Assembly: GCF_902652985.1 (NCBI RefSeq) | Contig: NC_047031.1 | Span: forward strand, 27,900,001-27,964,000 | DNA length: 64,000 nt | Direction of reading: 5' to 3' | From: Pecten maximus | Taxonomy: Eukaryota | In this document: one piece after another, positions 26,301 to 40,000 of the stretch | Layout of the letters: each line of letters starts with the position of its first letter | Numbering within the stretch: the stretch's first letter is position 1 | The notes under the pieces: generated by a model | The model's database searches: none | Told to the model about the DNA's origin: nothing | The model's input: the letters and a program-made list of their open reading frames with translations, nothing else | Program-made: the position numbers and the translations under genes

Positions 26301-29300
26301 ACATGCGCGGTAAACACGCACCCTCCTCGTGAACACAGTCACATAAAGGACAACCATCATATCCACGCTTGTAACCAGAGTCACAACGTTTAGAACATGC
26401 AAACGTCTCCAAGCAGCTGATTTCTTTATTTTGAGATGGATGTTCTATAACAGAGTAAACATAGAAACAGTGAATTTGAAGATTATATCAAAATATGGGT
26501 CAAAATTTTGAGGGTTGGGGGTTGGAGGGTTGGTTGTTGAGTGTGTACTGGACCGATAATACAATAAATGTTACTTTCAACACATTTCATAATTTCTAAC
26601 ATTGATTTTCGGAAAGAACATGAAGTACACGAGTATATTTTGAATTGTATTACCGTGACATAATCGAATGAACACTATTGATAGGTGCGAAGAGTCTTGG
26701 TGATCGTTAGTTCGATTGTCATATTCTGAAGTCATCAATTGGATGGAGAAACTTACTTTGATCCTCAATGCACTCACATGTTGGACACGAGTCAAGTCCT
26801 CTTGCATACCCTAGAGAACACGTGACTGAGCATTTGAACGGTTTTGGGCAGGATGTACCCAAAGCAGCTGTAAATGTAAGGTCAAATGTGTACTGTGTAC
26901 TCTGTAACGTACGAGACCTTGAGAATATGCATTATTTATATCGACCAATCCTCGAAGTAATTTAAGTTAACCGAAAATATAACCCAAAACCTAAGTTGAT
27001 TTTTGCCTTATCTACTGCCCATGACGCCGTGAGAACGTTTAAACATTATACAAATACAAACATAATTTGACATCTAAATAAACTGAAAATTTCTTTCCTA
27101 TCTGAAGTTTCCATTCTTCAATTAGTTTTCTTGTGATCTCCCTAGGTAGCAATAGTACAATAACTCATGTTGCTACTAGAACGATAAATCACTTATAACT
27201 ATACAAATACATTTTTTTGTTTACAAAATATTAACGCTGGACTGTTTCATTATTTAATCTATTGATTTATTGTGTTGTTTTGTTAAATGTTAATTATATA
27301 TTTACCCTGCTGCGGTAGGACATTCCTGTCACCCGCGGTTTGTGTATCGACTGCTGATTGGATGATATACTTTAATTCACTCTCCTCATCTGCCCCTTCC
27401 CCATTTTGATGAGGAAGTCCTGTCATCACTTCTCCGGATCCAGCCAGGCAGGAACAAACTGGACAGCCATTGTTATCCACGTCATCAAACGAATATCCTA
27501 ATGGACATGTTGTCATACAGTGCATAGTTCCCGGACAATTTTTTATGATATGGTCTATTGTGTTTTGAGAAGTTGTGGATCCTGGTTGGGTATTACCATC
27601 GTGTCCACCAAATCCTCCACTCATTGGACTGTGACCCCCGAACAAAGACCCCAAAGTTCCTCCAATTGATGCACCTCCAGAACTACCAATGGACGGTGGT
27701 TTATTGCCGCTAGAGCCGCTTGTTGGTCCGCTACCAAATCCTTCGCCTCCAGATCCTGACGAAATTCCAAAGGGAGAGTTGCTGCCTCCCGAGACACCAG
27801 GAAAAGGCCCACCGCCAGAACTACTGTTTGTAGCAGCAACAGAAAAGGGCCCCTGTCCTGCTGATCCACCAGCTGCAGCTTGTGCAAATGTACTGAAATG
27901 GAATCCACCGCCATTGTTACCAAATGGACCTGCACCGCCAGCATTGAACGGGCCACCGGACCAGTTTCCCTTACCACCTTGAGAACCCTGACCTGGAGTA
28001 AATTGTCCAAAGGTGCCATTGATCTGAGAAGGAGGTGCGAGTGTCGAGCCATTAGGACCAGAAAGTGTCTGCACAGATCCCCCGAACTGGTACCCATTCA
28101 GAAAAGTAGGAACACCAGCTGCTGGTGCATTACTTCCCGACTCCGAAGATCCTGGCGTGAAGAGAGATTGTCCTGATGATGGACCACTGCTTGTCGCACC
28201 AAAAGGTGAGTTATTGCCGGAAATAATAAACGGTGAACTTCCACTTGATGCAGCCGATGCAGAACCACTGCTTGCACCAATAGAAGGTGAACCTCCGCCT
28301 GACACTCCCGACGATGAACCGCTGCTGAAACTACTGAAAGGGGAACCACCGCTAGAAATACCGAAAGGTGAACCTCCGCCTGACGTTCCCGACGATGAAC
28401 CGCCGCTGGAGCTACTGAAGGGTGAGCCACCACCCGAAATACTGAAAGTTGAGCCTCCGCCTGACGTTCCCGACGATGAACCGCTGGTTGAGCTACTGAA
28501 AGGTGAACCACCGCCTGAAATACTGAAAGGTGAACCTCCGCCTGACGTTCCAGACGATGAACTGCTGCTGGAGCTACTGAAGGGTGAACCACCGCCTGAA
28601 ATACTGAAAGGTGAACCTGCATTTGAAGTTTCCGACGATGAACCGCTGCTTGAGTTACTGAAGGGCGAACCACCGCCTGAAATACCGAAAGGTGAACCTC
28701 CGCCTGAGGTTCCCGACGATGAACCGCTGTTGGAGCCACTGAAGGATGGGCCACCGCCTGAAATACCGAAAGGTGAACCTCCACTTGATGTTCCCGGCGA
28801 TGAACCGCTGTTGGAGCCACTGAAGGGTGGGCCACCGCCTGAAATACCGAAAGGTGAACCTCCACTTGATGTTCCCGGCGATGAACCGCTGTTGGAGCCA
28901 CTGAAGGGTGGGCCACCGCCTGAAATACCGAAAGGTGAACCTCCACTTGAAGTTCCCGACGATGAACCACTGCTGGAGCTACTGAAGGGTGAACCACCGC
29001 TAGAAATACCGAAAGGTGCGCCTCCACCTGACATTCCTGACGACGAACCGCTGCTGGAGCTACTGAACGATGCACCACCACCATTAACTATCTGCTGTCC
29101 TGGTTGTAACGTGATTGAACTACTGCCAGTTCCTGTTATTGTGTTTGTACTACCCGATTCACACTCATTACACGTTTCTTTTCCGTTGTTTGAAGGCACA
29201 CCTACATCATGATGGGCTGTAACTGCCACCACGTGGGTTGTCACGTGATCACAGTCGGTGCATGCCTGGTGCCCAGTAGCCGATGGTGCTATTATCACCT

Positions 29301-32300
29301 GTTGTTGACCTGATGCTCCGTTAGTTTGCGTTCCACATGTATCGCAATGTTCTGTGTTCATATAAAGAGACGCTTCTTTTAAACAGAAATATTGCCACAT
29401 ATCTAGATCCATATATCTTACCGGCCTGCTACCATCTACCGCATGTTCTAACATGACCTATATCATACTTTTTACGATAATATTCGAAATTGTATCATAA
29501 AAAAATAGTTTTAAAACATCAATATCCGTGATTTCATCATATATGTCACATTTCATAGATTAGATTGCAAAGGCATTTTTATATCAAAGTGAACACGTTC
29601 GGCACGATTTAACGCCGTCTTTCATGACTACGTTTATAATCACTGTATTCTAGATTATATATCATTACACGACGACATATACTAGACCAGCTATATGATA
29701 CCATAAAGTTACCTTCGTGGTGTGTTTGAACTTGTTGCACGGTCACAATTGTTAGACATTCACATGTTGGACAACCGTCGTCTCCACATTTGTAGCCGTC
29801 GTGGCACGGCGCATGACAGGAAAATGCGGCTGGACACTTCATAGGCTTCTGTATCACCATGACAGCGGTCGACCCAACAGCTACGTAAGATACGGACAAT
29901 GAATGCGTTCATTTGTCATATGACATCTTGCACATAAATAATCCGAACCAGTATTGATGAGACTGAGACTTTTTTAAAACATTTAATTGTGCAAAAATAT
30001 TATACAATCCTATTGTGAGGTAAATAGCTCTACTTATGGAGACCCCGACGTTTTCAGTCACGTTTACGAATAATGACATTTTGACATCAGTTAAGATTGT
30101 ATCTCTTTCTGTTAATTTCACAACATAGTAATTTATTCGAAACTGACTATATTATCATAATGTTTATATTGACACATTTTTATTTTATTGACATCGCTCC
30201 GCGATTTCACGTTTAAATGAGTCCTCGACTGACAAAACAGTTTTAATGTACAGTTTCCATTTTCGTTTTTTTTTTTTTTTTTTTTTTGTATCCGTGTCTT
30301 TTGTTTTTTGTCTTGTTTGTACTTACACGCAGGCGCGATACACTCGCAGACAGGACATCCGTTACTGTCACATTTGTAGCCAATGTTGCAACATACGTCA
30401 CAGTGCAATTCTGCCGGGCATGTGACCTGTAAAACCTCGACCACGTGAGCTGAAAAGACAGGAAAGTAAAAAAGTGAGATAACTGAATAACTGTAATAAA
30501 AGGATACTCTGGGCAGATGAATCATAAAATAGTACAAAGACCGTTGTCACGATTACGAGATGTTTACTTACCTACTTTACTCACAATAACTAAAGGCTTG
30601 ATATGCAGTCTAAAGTTGCCATGCATGAAGTACTCACAGACAGTCTGGATACAGCTACACACTGGGCAACCATCAGGACCCGTGTTGCCTAACTGGTACC
30701 CGGACGTACACGACAGCATGCAGTTCAAAGTCTTTTCACACTCGAGTGGCTTTGAAGCTGGAGTTGTTGGCGCCGCTGTAGGTGCTGATGTAGATATAAA
30801 ACAAAACACTCGTTAATCTGGGTGTCCCTCCTCAAATACATTGTACAGTATATACTCTTTGTATATCAATACAAGTGATGAAACTATGTTGTTGTATAAC
30901 ATTGCATGATAATTTACTTACGCGGTAAGCACGTGCAAGTTTGGCAACCGTCACTTCCGGTTTCTCCGAGAGTATATCCGGTTTTGCAAGATAACATACA
31001 CAGATATGTTTGCATACATGTCTTTGTTGGTACCGGCTTCGGGGCTGGGGTTGTTTCTGATGAAATAACATATTCTAGTCAATAATATCTTGTAACTATG
31101 GTAGTTTAGTCAGAATCTAAGCGTGTACTGATATCATGGATACAGTCAATAACACAAATGTGGAAATTGAAAAGGTATAGAAAAGAAGCAGCTCGAGGTC
31201 AATCATGTTATTACCATAGACTTAGAGATAGAGTAATAGCATGTATCAATTTTATACAACAACTAAATTCAATCCATTGTGTTGCTTTTAAGCCAGGTCC
31301 ACCTTATTGTTCACGAGAAAGAATAAATCATCGAGATGTTTCAATCGTTATACATTTGTACCAAGTACTTTGCAAGTTTTCGACTCGGGTCAAAACAACC
31401 CTTTTGAATGTATAACTGAATTATAAGGGAACTAATGCATGTAGGTGACCAATATGTGGGACACATTATTATATATATTATTACCTGGCATACAGGAGCA
31501 GGACTGGCAGCCATCATGTCCCATGGCTCCGAGTGTGTATTTAGTATGACATGTGGCCATACATAATTTGGTGCCCGTACATGACGAGTGGTGTGTTGCC
31601 TGCACGAACTGCACGTGTGCTACATCAATAAAAATTGAATCGATCAAAGGACATGTCAGTAATTATAAATTAATATATAAACGTAATGTTACAAATTAAC
31701 AGAAAAAAATACTCACAAACTGGGTCAGAACCAACACGCCGCAATGTGAAAGAGTAGGGCTTTATCACGGATTAAACTCAACTTAAGAATGAATCAGTGG
31801 TTGCAATTACCTTAACAACAAATTCTGTAAACCAATTCCTTTTCTCGGCAACTTCATTTCGCGTTTCATGCATAACGTTTTTTTTTTTTGCGGTCGTTTT
31901 TTTCGCGATTTACAGTAATAAAAGACCTACATGTACTCTACCTATGATTAAAACTTTTTCGCGGAAATTATTTTTGCTAGTTCTAATCGCTCTTGAAAAA
32001 GAGAATACTAATCACATGCGAAAATAAGTTGATCTACAGTAAGGCTTTATCACAGATTCAATTGCGCTTAATGAAAATAAAGCTTCATCAGAGATTCAAC
32101 AGAGCGAAATAAAGATAAAGTTTTATAACAGATGTAACTAAGCTTAGTAAAAATAAAGCTTCATCACATATTCAATTGAGCTAAATAAAACAAGGCTTTA
32201 TCACAGATATAACTTAGCTTAATAATAAGTAAATCTTTAACACAGATTCGACTCAGACCATGATAATTTTTTGTGAGTTGATATCAGTAGTACATTACCT

Positions 32301-35300
32301 GTTGAATGTGACACTGTATTGACTGTGTGTGACGTGGTGTGTGACGTCGTGGGTGCGTGGTGGGGACATGTGCACGAACGACAGCCATTACTGCCTACAG
32401 CCCCCAGGGAGTATTGTCCATGGCAGGTTGTCATGCAAAGGAGGGTTCCGGAACATTCCTTTAGTGGTTTCTCCTTAGCTGGCTGATGATTGGCCCCCTA
32501 GATGGTAAAGTCAATTATATAAAATACATATGGAACTATACATGTACTTAATTTTCAATTAAATATCAAAATTTTGATCATGGCCCGATGGTATAAAGGT
32601 ACATTAAAGAGATTGAGTAATGTTATATTACATAAAAATTCAGCAACTTTCGATTTTTCTTTTTTTTTTTTTTGTGATATATTTTTTGTATGTATAAAAA
32701 TATGTTGGTCAGTTGCTCGATCATGAGGATTTTGTCCGGGTATTCTGGGTTACTCTACACCATTATTAATCGCTGACCGGTACTATCCGGTCAAACACGA
32801 GTAATTCAATATGCATGTACATGTATCCTAATCGCTATAACTATCAATAATGATTTACTTCTATGTCTACGCCTTTAGCAGGGTAAAGAAATAATTAACA
32901 AATATACAGTACCGATGATGACTAAATACCTGTATGGATCCGAATGGACTGCCCCCTGCTAATGTGCCAGGTTTAAAGTTAGGGAATGATCCGCCGAACC
33001 CTCCTCCACCTCCTCCTCCTCCTCCTCCTCCACTTATCATTCCTATTTAAAAATAACACACTGTAAAACATAAACTATATAGATATAATCAAGGAGGTTC
33101 TTGCTAGCATACATGGATATTTATCAAATGAACACGCACGCTGGTTATTGCTAAAGAAATACATGTTCCCTACTCGTCCCGCTAAAATAATAAGATTGAC
33201 ATTGACCCAAAAAACTCAGTAGATCGAACTTGATCTAGCTAATCATATTGAAGTTACATACCACTATTTACCGGCAAACCTTCAAGTATGGTTGTAAACA
33301 GTGCGGAAAACTCAGTGGACGGACTGACAGTCATATGGACAGACAGACGGACGGGGAGCCCAGGAAACCGAAAGTCCCTCCACTGGTAGGGGACTAGTAA
33401 CTAGCTACAATTGATTTATTCTAGGACATCAGTATTGTGATACAGTACCATATTGTTACATCTATCATAATAAAGCATAACAATTGATAAAATAATATCT
33501 ACATTATTTTATCCTTTGATATCTTTGAATATATCATTCCGTGTTTTTAATAGTTATCATCATTTTAAAAACTTCTAATATAACTCATTCAAAATAATGT
33601 CATGTTATTATTTGATAACAGATATATGATTGTGGAAGTAGACAAAAACGAGCAGGCAGGCCACTAGGCTATATACAACGGACGTAGTATCGATTATAGT
33701 TTGAATACTCCTATCCAATCAGAGGGCAGCAGGTCACTAGTTATGACTGGTACTACCGTAGACTGGTCAGGCCCTGGTCATAGATACATGTATAGGTCCC
33801 TCATCAATAGAAGATATTCCTTACCTGTCATTCCATAATACCCTCCGGGATGAAACATCACTGCAACAACAAGTACTCGAAATGAAAGAAATGGCGAAAT
33901 TAAGTCTTCATATGTGTATGTATGTGTGTGTTGCTAAAAGGCCAATTATTAAATGACCGATAAACTATTTAGAGTCCACAATATATCGCTTTTTAAAATG
34001 AAATAATTTTTAATGTTATGAAAAAAAACAATGTATTTGATTAGTATAATGTTTAGCAACAGAACATTACTGCGATACATATTATGACACAACCAAACAG
34101 TAAATATCAGAATTAATTAAAAAAAAAAACCTATTTACTTTATAAAGTAATCTAAATCCAAACACAGAAAATACAATGTTCTACAGAACAATATATACGT
34201 ACGTTCCCCGCATGCGCACTCTTTACATCCTCTTTCATCTATCTTCACACAACCAGGTATACAGTTGACTCGTTGAGGACAAAACGTGTATCCGGCTAGA
34301 ACACAAAGTATTAAATGATATGAAATCACCATTTTTTTTCAAAAATTCCTTCATAAGAAGCATTATTTGATGCGTTTGTCCACCCTTACACATTTTTATA
34401 TCGGTAACGATTCATTGATATTGGTATCTCAGCAGCATACATGCATCGTGCACCAGGAGTAGCAATTAACTAATAACAGTCACACAAACTCGCATTTGTG
34501 TATATGCAACTGAAAAAACTGTGTCCGTGAATCGTCACATACTGATCAATGTCATCGGTTTATTTCAGAATCACTGACTGTTACATGGCAATTTTACAGT
34601 CGTCTTTGATGTTGAATATTTGTAGTAATGAATTTGGATAATTCACCAAAAAGAGCAATGACTATGTCTTCGAGACGAAACCATTAACTGTATTTAGTAT
34701 TATATTAATGTTACAATACTGCACATATAAAATCAATAACTAATGCTACATACAAGATAAGGTTTGGATTTGATGTTACTAGTATTATTTTGGAAATATA
34801 TTGTTGACAATTAAGAATACAACCAAATATATTTACATTCCTAATGTGGTTTGCTGATATGAACATACCAAGTGAAAACAACAAACATATGACCATGAAT
34901 ACACTATGAAAACCGTATGAAAACATTGTCTCTCGTGCAAATCACCTTATTAATCGGGTCATATTAATACGCCATCGACAGTAAGACAGGAAGAGTAGCT
35001 TCCCTTGGATCGATAACGTTGGTACGAGATAAGTGTTAAAACTATTGAATGATTGTATTTAATATTATTTTTACTTTAATACTTCTTTCCTTTTGTTTTA
35101 TACAAAATTAAACAAAACAGACCGGAAAATGCGGAACGACATTAAAACAATGGCGTGGTGCATAGGCGGGATCTCCCGGCTGTTCTAATAATTTGGCGTT
35201 TCGTTGTATACATGACAAATTTTTCTTTTTAATAAAATTTCTCGTTTTCTCGATATAAATTTTTAAATCAAGGTTATGTAAATATATGAATTGGATAGAT

Positions 35301-35525
35301 TTTTTTAATTTTCATTGCGGCTATGAATACCAGTAGCTAGCTACATATCCTCCGAGGCGCGCTACCGCGCGCCACGGGATATGTACACCTGTAGCTAGCT
35401 ACTGGTATTCATAGCCGCAATGAAAATTAAAAAAATCTATTCAATCCATATATAAATAGAGATATTGTAGTACAATATAACTTACCTGTGCTTGTGACGG
35501 CAAACATAAGAATCCAAATTAACAT
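23339..35525 (-). CDS. Large secreted protein (~1340 aa, 18 coding exons) with ~12 antistasin-like 6-Cys modules and a central Gly/Ser-rich repeat domain
   Basis: Exons (minus): 35486-35525, 34203-34295, 33825-33860, 32930-33042, 32299-32497, 31485-31619, 30922-31056, 30638-30784, 30327-30449, 29713-29880, 27306-29351, 26757-26867, 26322-26444, 25786-25962, 25503-25592, 24801-24989, 24156-24233, 23339-23361; all GT-AG and phase-consistent. Signal peptide MLIWILMFAVTSTAG. Repeated C-x4-C-x3-C-xxGY-x(n)-GCPxCxC modules. Minus-strand AATAAA at ~23220. Confidence 0.88.
23936..24052. mobile_element. Hairpin (MITE-like) element in the last intron of the large Cys/GS gene
   Basis: Arms ttttttctgttatacagtcataacataaaaaactggagtgtact and agtacactccagtttttttctgttatgactgtataacagaaaaaa. 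A related degenerate copy lies at ~17680-17915. Confidence 0.7.
28270..29075 (-). repeat. Coding 81-bp (27-aa) tandem repeat, GGSPFSISGGGSPFSSSSSGSSSGTSG, ~9-10 copies
   Basis: Visible in ORF 27283-29454 and in the DNA as recurring gaaaggtgaacctcc...gacgatgaaccgctg. Confidence 0.95.
33170..33400 (+). mobile_element. Helentron-associated (HINE/DINE-1-like) non-autonomous element remnant
   Basis: ggacggactgacag...ggacagacagacggacgg tetranucleotide-type microsatellite followed by 3' hairpin agtccct-ccactggt-aggggact. Confidence 0.55.
35282..35453. mobile_element. Palindromic foldback element (~170 bp) in intron 1 of the large Cys/GS gene
   Basis: ttttttaattttcattgcggctatgaataccagtagctagctaca pairs with tgtagctagctactggtattcatagccgcaatgaaaattaaaaaa. 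GC-rich centre ggcgcgctaccgcgcgcc. Confidence 0.75.
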
Positions 35526-37059
35526 GGTGATATTTTCTAATCCTATGTAATGTCGTTTGTTGCCGTCTTTCATTTAATGACGGATGGTTGTTCGTTCTCT
35601 AGCACAGTGCTGTGTGTAGACGACGATAGTCAATCTAACATCGGACCGGAGGCCCGGACCAGCTATCCGGATACAGATTACAGCACACGATCGTATGATA
35701 ATTATTACCTAATCCATCTCTAGCATCTTGTTTATCAATTAGCAGGTGCCCACTTGAGTCACGGAATGAAAGGTCAATGTTGACAAATCGAACGTAATCT
35801 TTCTTTTAGACTTTCGTCTGCCTTCTATCCAGATACGTGTCGGAATACGTTCATTTGTAAGAAGCCATGATTATTCCACAGGAACGTCAATTAACTGGCC
35901 ATAATGGTATACAGTCTATACATACGTAACATTAGTTCTAAGTCTGGCTAGACGTCTTGAACAGTTGCAAAGTAGCAGTTATCTATTGGCTAAAAGGAAG
36001 ATTCATGTATATGATACACAGCAGAACTGCAATATCAATGTATCAATACAAACAACATATATTTACATTAACCGGAAATAATTTCAACTTAGAAATCAAG
36101 GGAAGAGTATTAAAAGTAAACATATATAGATTTTCGTGACGACTCGAAAAAATACATTAATCAAACGAGCAGGTGTTCCGGTACAGAAATGGTCTTCTGC
36201 GTCATCGAGACTCTCCTTTCATTTCGTCACGTTCACGAAATGAAAATACTTTGGCGACAAGGGCACTATGAGGCATATCAACATGTATAGGACACACCTG
36301 ACTTCATATCGCCACAGGAAGTATACTATTATATCCGAGTGAGATCGACCGTGATGTAATATTTCTCGTCCTCCTCCTCTCGTTGTGTTGTTAGTTTCTT
36401 CAGTAATAATCTAAATTAAAGTCTTTTTTTCCTTTAAGTGTATCTGTGTGAATCTATATTCGCACGTGAGTTAGACTCACCATTTTGTTATTATGTCGGT
36501 AGTATATGTTGTTTTTGTACTCGTTTTATCGATTTTCAATTAGAATTACGTTTTTTTGTTATTATGTCGGTATTCTATGTTGTTTTCCCCTAGTTTTATC
36601 GAGTTTGAATTTTGGTTTCGTTATCATACCGTTATTCTCTGAGTTTTTTTTTTCTGTCTTTTATTCGAGTTGAGTTAGAATTACTGTTTTGCTATTTTGT
36701 CTGTGTTCCCTGTTTTGTATGTACCACTTATGTAATATACCATTAATATGAGGCATACTACCGTTGGCCATTCAGGTCAGAAACCGACTGTGACGCCGTA
36801 ATAGGGACAATGTTGTGAAGGCAAAAAAGTTATCCACCTTCTGTTTTCACTTTAAAATAGATTTTGTGAAAATCACAAGTGAACAGTGGGATTACTGTTA
36901 GACAAGTAACGCTTCTATATCCAACTTATGATTATCAAAACCTTGATATCAACAGATTAAAAATCCTATTTTTTTAGCTTTTGCCTTTATTTATACAACA
37001 AAAGAGAAATCGTAACGAAAATATTTTGAATCAGTCCTTGTTTCATCATGCGTCCATAG

Positions 37060-40000
37060 CTCTGAAAAAAAACCATGAGACGAATCAGAAAACATGTCAC
37101 TGGATGCATGTATGGTATATATTGACAATGTGACGTCATTGTCGCGTTATTCCGTCTCCATGGCAACGATACCTGAAGAGGCCAGTAACATTTCTATGTC
37201 ACGACAATTTACCTTCGATGGAAATTTTCATTGCGATGACACTATGGAGCAGCCCGTATGTTTACCCTATTTAATAAGATATCGTCCATAGATAACCCTG
37301 TCCTTATTGGATGTTAAACATTATCAAACAACACAAACAAATGTCATTGTCTTCACAGAACACTTAACAATATCAAATAAATAAAAGAAAGTCCATTCTC
37401 GTCATAGGACACTAAACAATATCAAACAAACACACAAAACAAAAGCCAGAGTCGCCAAAAAAGGAAATACGACGTATATTGTCTTCATAGTACGCTAAAC
37501 AATATAAAAAATAAGACAAAGTACATGTCGTCACAAGACGCTAAATATTTAGTCTTCATTGGCCGCTAAACAATATCACTCAAACAGAACAAAGGTAATT
37601 GTTTTCATAGAACGCTAAACAATAACAATCAGTTAAACAATACAATATGACAAGCCACCAGTAACAGCCACATACATGGAAATCCGGTTGGTAAGGGTTC
37701 ACATTCACATAGTGGACATCCGTTTGCATCCGACTTGTAACCAGCGAAGCAGTCGGTCATACATGAGAAAATTCCTGGACATACAATCGTCGCCATTGAA
37801 GTAGTGGTCAACGGGATAGTGGAGGGCGCATGCGTAGGAGCGTGAGGTGTTGTTTGAACAACAGGAATCACAACCTGTTCAAATTGGGTTTTTTTTTTAT
37901 AAGTTACTTATGTAATATAAATAATTCCCATTTCAAATTAGCTGTAAGAGTGAACATACATAACTGTTAAGAAATTGTATTTGATTTTAAGACTTTAGAT
38001 AAATGTTATATATCTGATTAAACAACGAGCAAAAACTTTGATATAATGGTACAAAAAAGATATACTAATCCTGATAAACATTTTGAACTGTGATGCAACT
38101 TATAACTACTTAATTTTGTCATCATCAACTTTAAAAAAAAATATTTTAGAGATAATTATTATTTATCTTAATACTCGTATGACATTGGTGTTACCTTTGG
38201 AGTTGTAATTATTCTCGCTGTAGTTGCCGGAGATGTTTGAGGAGTTGTTGTTATTGGCGTTGTAGACGTCATTGTTACAGATGCCTGTGTTCTTAACGTT
38301 GTTAATTGACTTCCAACAGTTGTCGAAGATGTCGGTGGGCTCGAGGCTGCTGGTGAACTAGTTATGATCGCAGGATTATTGCTATTAATGGTTGGCGTTG
38401 TCTGGGCTATGGGGGCACCTGATCTTGGTGGTTTTGTGGTTAGTGCAACAGTCTTAGGTACACTTGTAGCTGATGTTGATACACCAGGGATAATAGCTGT
38501 TGAAGTTGTATGAACATTCGGATTTTTTGAATTTTGAGTTTTTGTTGAGGTTGCCGTAGTAGGATTTGATGTGTGTATTACTGTGGTTATCGGTCCGGCT
38601 ATAGTTGAACCTGTCGAAGGTGAGGGCGTTGTAGGTTGTGAAAGCGTTGTAGGGGTAGGTGTTGATGAGAGAGCTGAAATCAGGTTTAAAACAAGCAATG
38701 AGTTCTTAATACACAGGTGTGACTTGCTAATGAATATATGACAAGAGTGAGCAAGTAATGATGCTTAATATAGCTACTGTTACATACCATTAACATTATT
38801 ATTCTAGTAGGACGTGAAATAAACATGTAATATAAACCAAACCAGACAAGAGATTACATTTGATCAATTTTATTCTACATGGGATTCCTTGTTAACAACA
38901 TAAAATATATAATTTATAAAGAGCCTGTCCCAAATGGCACATAGCCTCACAGGAGACAGTTAAAAGCCTGTAACAATCTGATTTAAACAGTTGTTGTAAT
39001 TTACTGATGTTTCTATAACCTCATTGGAATATCATTAATTTCCGTATTTGATGTGAAGTGACAATTTGTGGTTACTGTTGATATGCCAAGTGGTAATTTG
39101 TCAACATATGTTTCTCATTTGAAGGATGTGATACCTACCTCCATTTGGATTCCACTTCGGATGATGTAAAGCAGAATATCCCTATCCTTCCGGAACCTAT
39201 ATTTTGGTAATGTTTTCCATAGTTTTATCGAAAGTGATTTTGAATTACGGTTTCTTATGAACATCTGTATGTTATTCTTATGATAAGAACGTCTCATCAA
39301 TGATGGATTACTTACGGCACTGACAATGTGGACAGCCAGTCTTGAAGTCTATAGAAGGAGCACATGGGCTGTGACAGTTCATCCAATCGTTGTTACACGG
39401 CTGCATCCCAGGTATATAAGCTGGACATAAGGATTCACTATGTCAAGACTCATCAAAATCAGCATTTATTATTTTTAACTATCTATATATGGAATAGCCA
39501 AAAAACATAAAACAAAGAAAAAACCTGATTGTAAGAACAATGAGCTACACTCATTTTCTAAATCATGTTTCGATAAAGATAATTCTGCAGCTTTTATGAT
39601 GGTCAAATTCAGACCGACTATTTCATTTTAACATTGACAATTTCAGCGACAAAACTAATAATAGAATATTAGATAAATTCTCCATAGTCCACTTGTTTAA
39701 ATTCTTATAGAATATTTGATATTTCATTAACAATCCTTATTTTAGATCCAGTAACATACTGTGTTCACGGAACAATATTTTACTATAATATATGTTGTGT
39801 CAGCAAACTAACGGCCTAAAGGGTTGGCAGGGTTTCTGCTTGGTTGTACCACTGGCCCGCCGGGATTGGAGGGATCGAGGTTTGGATTCGACATATGATT
39901 GGCTGGGTCTGTACAGTCACACGTACATCCGGCGGAGCTACGTACAAAACACATTGGTGGACAGGTGAATATCAGCTTTGAACAACTATCAGTTCTGATT

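Noticed and set aside
28157-29212. 351-aa plus-strand ORF (and the 328-aa alternative minus-frame ORF 28098-29084)
   Set aside because: Shadow frames of the GC-rich Gly/Ser repeat exon; no splice or start context of their own.
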